NCBI GenBank assembly: GCA_963749445.1
Contig: CAVVMJ010000006.1
Coordinates: 10,979 to 74,978, forward strand
Source: an uncultured bacterium
Lineage (GTDB): Bacteria > Patescibacteriota > Doudnabacteria > UBA920
Length of the DNA stretch: 64,000 nucleotides
Direction of reading: 5' to 3'
Translations under genes and position numbers: made by a program
In this document: positions 58,868-64,000 of the stretch, one piece after another
Layout of the letters: every line of letters starts with the position of its first letter
How positions within the stretch are numbered: position 1 is the first letter of the stretch
Notes under the pieces: model-generated
Database searches by the model: none
Told to the model about the DNA's origin: nothing
What the model saw: only the letters and a program-made list of their open reading frames with translations

Positions 58868-61800
58868 ATGAACAAACTTCTTGAGAACTTAAATGACGAA
58901 CAAAAACAGGCGGTCACGCATGGCGGCGGGCCGCTTTTGATTGTGGCCGGGGCGGGAACGGGGAAGACGACCGTGATAACAAGGCGGATTGCTTATCTGA
59001 TTGAACAGGGTTTGGCAAAACCTGATGAGATTCTGGCGCTGACGTTTACCGACAAAGCGGCCGGGGAAATGCGGGAACGCGCCGATTTATTACTGCCTTT
59101 GGGCTACTACGATATGTGGATTTCCACTTTCCACAGCTTTTGCCAGCGGGTTTTGGAACAGCACGGCCTGGACATTGGTTTACCCGGGGATTTTAAACTG
59201 CTTAACGAAACCCAAGGCTGGATACTTATCCACAACAATCTGAACAAGTTTAATTTGGATTATTACCGGCCTTTGGGCAATCCCAAAAAGTTCATTTCAG
59301 CTTTGCTAAAACATTTTTCGCGATGTAAAGATGAATTGATTACGCCACAAAGCTATCTGGAATATGCGCAGGGTTTGAGGCTGCAAACGGACATCCCAAC
59401 AAGGGCTAAGCGTGTAGGGCTAAGCGCTAAGTCGCAAAACCTTAGCCCTAGCCCCTTAGCCCTTAGCCCTGAAACTGAAATCTCCCGCCTGGAAGAAATC
59501 GCCAACGCTTTCCATGTTTACCAAAAGCTGCTGCTGGACAATAATTTTTTGGATTTTGGAGATCTGATAAATTACACCTTAGACTTGTTCAACAAGCGCC
59601 CCAAAATTTTGCAATTTTATCAGGAAAAATTTAAATACATTTTGGTGGACGAATTCCAGGACACCAATTACGCCCAATACCAGCTGGTAAAACTATTGGC
59701 GGCTGATGACAAAAATCTTGCCGTCGTCGGCGACGACGACCAGTCCATTTATAAATTCCGCGGCGCCTCAGTTTCCAACATTTTAAAATTTAAGGATGAT
59801 TTTCCCCGGCTCAAACAGATTACCCTTACGGAAAATTACCGCAGCGGGCAAAAAATTCTAGACTTGGCCTATGATTTTATCCAGGCCAACAACCCCGACC
59901 GGCTGGAGGTGAAATTAGGCATTAATAAAAGATTGCGTTCAAATAATGTAAAGGCACGCCTCGGCGTGCCTGATAAAAACGGCATGCCACGGCATGCCAC
60001 TACAAGGACAATCGAGGTACTGGAAGGCAAGGATTTAAGCGAAGAATTAAACCTAATCGCAACCACCACCAATCGGCTCAAATCGGAAAATCCCGATTCA
60101 ACCTGGAACGATTTTGCAATACTGCTTCGCAGCAACGCCGCGGCACTGGAAATTTTGCCGGTGCTGTCCCAGCACAACATTCCGCACACCTTTGTGGCCA
60201 ATACCGGCCTATACCAAAAGCCGCTGGTTGCCGATCTCATCGCGTATTTGCGCTGCCTGAATAATTTCCACGATTCCTTCGCGCTTTACCGCGTTCTGTC
60301 TTTTCCGGTCTTTCAATTTCCGTCCCGGGATTTAGCCACACTTTTGGCCAACTCGGATAAAAGAACTTTGTCGCTTTATGAAATGCTCAACGCGGCCAAA
60401 ACTTTGACCGCCATAGGCCAAGGCAGCCAAAAAACAATAGAAACAGTTTTGGCGTCTTTGCATCGGCACGCCAAACTGGCACAGGAGAAATCGGCTAACG
60501 AGGCTTTTGTGGAGATTGCCCGCGATTTGCAAATCCAAAAAATGCTGGAGGCAGACAATCTGGAAAACGCGGAAAACCGCGAACTGTTGGAGCAATTTTA
60601 CAAAAAAATTGAAAGCTTCGTGCAAGAGAACGCCGACAAAAGCCTGCACCATTTTTTGCATCTGCTGGAGCTGGAACAGGAAGCGGGGGACGAAGGGCAG
60701 ATTAAATTTGACCCGAATCTTGGGCCGGAATGCTTAAAAGTCCTGACTGTGCATTCGGCCAAAGGTTTGGAGTTTGAAAACGTCTTCATCCCAAACCTTG
60801 TGGAACAGCGTTTTCCCACCCGGGCCAGGGGCGAGCAAATCGAAATCCCAACCCCGCTGATTAAAGACATTCTACCGGAAGGGGACTTTCATTTGCAGGA
60901 AGAACGAAGACTATTTTACGTCGGCCTGACCCGCGCCAAAAGCCGCCTTTATTTGTCCTGGGGCAAAGATTACGGCGGAGCCAAAACCAAACGCCCATCG
61001 CTTTTTTTGCAGGAAACCAAATTGGTGCCCGGGCCGCACACCACCGAGGCCACCGGCAAGGTAATTTTTTCCCAGCCCGTTAAAAAAACCCAAAGCGATG
61101 TCATGCTGCCGGCTTCTTTTTCCTTTTCCGGCATCAAAGCCTTCCAAACCTGCCCCCTGCAGTATAAGTATCAATATTATCTCAAATTACCCCTGCCCGG
61201 CAGCAGCTACTTCAGCTTCGGACAGACCATGCATAAAGTTTTTGAGTTGTATTTAAAGGATTACCAATCGCGCAAAAATCAAAACCAGCAAGACCTGTTT
61301 GGCAAAAACCCAAAACAAATTGCGCCCGGGGATTTTAAGCTGCTTGAAGAACTTTATGAAAAATATTGGATTGATGAGTGGTATAAAGATAAAAAACAAA
61401 AAGAAGATTACCGAAAAAAAGGCAGGGAAATTTTAAAAATCTTTTATGATTACACCGCCGCCCATCCGCCGCGTCCAAAATATCTGGAGCAGTTTTTCTC
61501 TTTGCCTTTGGGCGGCTATAAATTCGTAGGCAAAATTGACCGGGCCGACGAAAGCCAAGGCGGCTTGGAAATTATCGATTACAAAACCGGCGAAAACATC
61601 CCGGCCAAAAACGACAAGGACGGCTTGGACCAGCTGCACGTTTACCAGTGGGCCGCCGAAGAGTATTTAAAGGAAAAAGTCTCGGGGTTAAATTACTGGT
61701 ATTTGCAAAACCATAAATTTTTGCCCGAACAAACTGCCGACGCCAAAGAGATTAATGGATTGAAAAATCGGCTTTTGGAAACAATTGAACTTATTGTCCA

Positions 61801-61879
61801 AACCGTCAAATCCGATAACTTTAAAAACCTGCACCGGCAGACCCGCGGCCACAACTGCCAGTTTGAAGGCTTGGGATAG
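58868..61879 (+). CDS. UvrD/PcrA-family helicase fused to C-terminal PD-(D/E)xK nuclease
   Basis: AGAGTGKT; VDEFQD; DDDQSIYKFRGA; EERRLFYVGLTRA; GKIDRAD..IDYKTG. Confidence 0.92.
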   Translation: MNKLLENLNDEQKQAVTHGGGPLLIVAGAGTGKTTVITRRIAYLIEQGLAKPDEILALTFTDKAAGEMRERADLLLPLGYYDMWISTFHSFCQRVLEQHGLDIGLPGDFKLLNETQGWILIHNNLNKFNLDYYRPLGNPKKFISALLKHFSRCKDELITPQSYLEYAQGLRLQTDIPTRAKRVGLSAKSQNLSPSPLALSPETEISRLEEIANAFHVYQKLLLDNNFLDFGDLINYTLDLFNKRPKILQFYQEKFKYILVDEFQDTNYAQYQLVKLLAADDKNLAVVGDDDQSIYKFRGASVSNILKFKDDFPRLKQITLTENYRSGQKILDLAYDFIQANNPDRLEVKLGINKRLRSNNVKARLGVPDKNGMPRHATTRTIEVLEGKDLSEELNLIATTTNRLKSENPDSTWNDFAILLRSNAAALEILPVLSQHNIPHTFVANTGLYQKPLVADLIAYLRCLNNFHDSFALYRVLSFPVFQFPSRDLATLLANSDKRTLSLYEMLNAAKTLTAIGQGSQKTIETVLASLHRHAKLAQEKSANEAFVEIARDLQIQKMLEADNLENAENRELLEQFYKKIESFVQENADKSLHHFLHLLELEQEAGDEGQIKFDPNLGPECLKVLTVHSAKGLEFENVFIPNLVEQRFPTRARGEQIEIPTPLIKDILPEGDFHLQEERRLFYVGLTRAKSRLYLSWGKDYGGAKTKRPSLFLQETKLVPGPHTTEATGKVIFSQPVKKTQSDVMLPASFSFSGIKAFQTCPLQYKYQYYLKLPLPGSSYFSFGQTMHKVFELYLKDYQSRKNQNQQDLFGKNPKQIAPGDFKLLEELYEKYWIDEWYKDKKQKEDYRKKGREILKIFYDYTAAHPPRPKYLEQFFSLPLGGYKFVGKIDRADESQGGLEIIDYKTGENIPAKNDKDGLDQLHVYQWAAEEYLKEKVSGLNYWYLQNHKFLPEQTADAKEINGLKNRLLETIELIVQTVKSDNFKNLHRQTRGHNCQFEGLG

Positions 61880-62159
61880 ATATATTGCCATAAATGACAT
61901 AATTTACCTGCCCGCCAATGCCGTTTGTCATATTTTGAAGGGGATTGATTATTTCATCCGACTTCACTCTTTATCTAAATTGGACAATTGGCGTAGGCAG
62001 GCGGGAATAATTGACAAACTATAATTTATTGATATAGCTGTCATCCCGAGCGAGCAAAGCGAGCCGAGGGATCCCTCACTTCGTTCGGGACGGCCCAAGG
62101 GCCGTTTTGCTCAATTATGCTCAATTTTGTCAATATTGATATTTGTGGTATAATCAAAA

Positions 62160-62533
62160 TGTTGAAATCCGCAAAAGAACAAATCACTTTTATCAGCGCC
62201 TCAATAATTTTGACGGGTTTTGCGCTGGCTGCCATCGTCAATTTTACCGACCCCAAGACCGCCTCCCGCCTTACCCACGTGTTTTTCTACCTTAGCCTCT
62301 TCCTGTTTATTCTGGGGGTATTCACTTTAATCGGCTTGGGGCTCCGCCTGTGGCTGTCGGATAAAATTTACGTCGTCAATTTGGCCGCCAGCTTTCGCCA
62401 GGGTTTACTTTTAGCCCTGCTGACAACCGCTTCCTTTCTGCTTTTGGCGGGCCGTTTGCTGTTTTGGTGGGTGGAGGCCGCCCTGATTCTGTTCTTTTTG
62501 TGCGTTGAAGTTTTTTTGAACCTGAAAATTTGA
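62160..62533 (+). CDS. Four-TM hypothetical membrane protein
   Basis: Hydrophobic ORF with SFRQG motif. Confidence 0.7.
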
Positions 62534-62550
62534 AGAATTTGTCCGCAATT

Positions 62551-64000
62551 ATGGACCCAAGCCTTTCGGAAAACCAAAAACCAACCAGCGCGGAGCAGCC
62601 AAAACCCGGCAGCAGCCAGGCGCCTTCACGGTATTCCCAGTTCGACCCGCCCAACGCGACCGATGACAGCTACCTATTTTTTAACGTTATGCCTAAAGCC
62701 AATTCCGCCGCGGACAGCCTGGTGCAACCGACCATAAAAGTAGTCGAGCAATCGGGCCAGGAGAAGCCTTCAGGCGGCAAACTGCCGGATTTTATAAAAA
62801 AATACCGGCGGTACATTTTAATTTCGGTAGGTGCTTTGATTTTGCTGGGCATCGGTTATTTCGCCTTTGTCAAACTCACCGCGGTCAAACAGGAAAATAT
62901 CCTAAACAACTCCACGACCAAAACTACCCCGGCGCCGGCCGCGACCAGCAGCAGCCCATCCGTGGTGACCACCTCGGCCGCGTGGCAGCAAAAATACTTT
63001 AACAATTCCGCTTGCCAAGACCCGGCGATTTGCGGCGACGCCGCCGACCCGGACCGCGACGGCCTAACCAATAAGGAAGAATTCGCCCTAGGGACGGATC
63101 CCAACAATCCGGATTCAGACGGCGACGGTTTGGCTGACGGCGACGAAGTCCATGTTTTTGGCAGTAATCCTCTGAGCAACCACACGGGCCATGACCAAAA
63201 ATACACGGACAGCGACTACGTTAAGGGCGGCTACGACTTTAAAACCGACCAAAAACTGACTGCGGACCAGCTGAACCAAATTACCAATAAAATGAAGCAG
63301 TACGGCCTGCACGAACCGACCATTTCCACCCTGGGCAACTTGTTAATCAGCTTGTATAACTTTACCAACTGGACAATCAGCAATCCTGTTTCCGCTTCCT
63401 CCACCGCGAGCAGCACTTTGCCGACGATAGCTTCCACCACCCCGGCTTCCACTTCGCCCTTAAGCGGTCTGGATACCTCTGTTTCAGCCGAACAGGACCG
63501 CGACGCCCAAAGAAGCAGCGCCATCCAAAACATCGGCATGGCTTTGCTAAAATACCACGCCGACACCAACAGCTATCCGCAAACCTCTTCGTTTACCGAT
63601 ATGTATACCGCCGTCAAACCGTACATCAAAGTCGCTACCCGGCCTGACGATCCGGTCAACAAAGACCCGTATGTTTATACCTACCAAGCCAGCCCGGACG
63701 GCAAGGATTTTACGCTGTCCTTTTACAGCGAAGTGGCAGACCAGGTAATTAAAAAGCACGCGGCCGACGCGCAAAAAGACGCTGATAATTTGCAAGCCGG
63801 CATTTACGACGACCAGCGCAAGACCGATTTGGAAATGATTAAAACCGCTTTGCTGCTTTATTCCAACAAAAATGTGGCCGGCAACCAGGTTTACGTTTTC
63901 CCGACCGAAGACAAATACAAAACCGATTTGGTGCCCGAATTTATCCCGCAGCTTCCGAAAGATCCCAAAACCGGCGATGATTATGAATACGCCGTGTCCG
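62551..64000 (+). CDS. Membrane-anchored protein with DxDxDG Ca-binding repeats and two pilin/GspG-like domains; runs off window, absent from ORF track
   Basis: Open frame from ATG 62551; TM helix; DPDRDGLTNKEE..DSDGDGLADGDEV; RDAQRSSAIQNIGMALLKY..YP; DDQRKTDLEMIKTALLLY. Confidence 0.75.
   Translation, partial: MDPSLSENQKPTSAEQPKPGSSQAPSRYSQFDPPNATDDSYLFFNVMPKANSAADSLVQPTIKVVEQSGQEKPSGGKLPDFIKKYRRYILISVGALILLGIGYFAFVKLTAVKQENILNNSTTKTTPAPAATSSSPSVVTTSAAWQQKYFNNSACQDPAICGDAADPDRDGLTNKEEFALGTDPNNPDSDGDGLADGDEVHVFGSNPLSNHTGHDQKYTDSDYVKGGYDFKTDQKLTADQLNQITNKMKQYGLHEPTISTLGNLLISLYNFTNWTISNPVSASSTASSTLPTIASTTPASTSPLSGLDTSVSAEQDRDAQRSSAIQNIGMALLKYHADTNSYPQTSSFTDMYTAVKPYIKVATRPDDPVNKDPYVYTYQASPDGKDFTLSFYSEVADQVIKKHAADAQKDADNLQAGIYDDQRKTDLEMIKTALLLYSNKNVAGNQVYVFPTEDKYKTDLVPEFIPQLPKDPKTGDDYEYAVS

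Overview
64 kb of a bacterial chromosome, almost all coded on the + strand. Gene content and style point to Patescibacteria/CPR (inference). In order: a SipW/TasA-type secreted-fibre operon; a sigma-70 region-4/HTH gene; a VirD4/TraD-like ATPase; an accessory island with three toxin-antitoxin pairs and a REP-associated tyrosine transposase (RAYT); a surface-protein block; a cell-wall cluster (dac, mraY, murD, ftsW, murJ); lepA; hicBA; ftsB; a PPIase; murI; the F0F1 ATP synthase operon; a short CCA-type nucleotidyltransferase; four tRNAs; rmuC; NYN, PIN and GxxExxY genes; and a UvrD-nuclease fusion. The unusual signal is below gene level. (1) At least six families of short palindromic elements fill most housekeeping intergenic gaps, and about 14 copies sit inside coding sequences of atpD, atpG, atpH, murI, murD, lepA, uvrD and virD4, some nested and some with swapped halves. 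(2) The 11.5-16.2 kb island looks like a cassette array: TA modules separated by orphan 3' ends of two or three RAYT families, next to an intact RAYT with 17-bp inverted ends. (3) Four consecutive junctions of the ATP synthase operon each hold an unrelated orphan gene. Clustered frameshifts in essential genes are most likely consensus errors. All assignments come from motif recognition by eye; no database searches were run.
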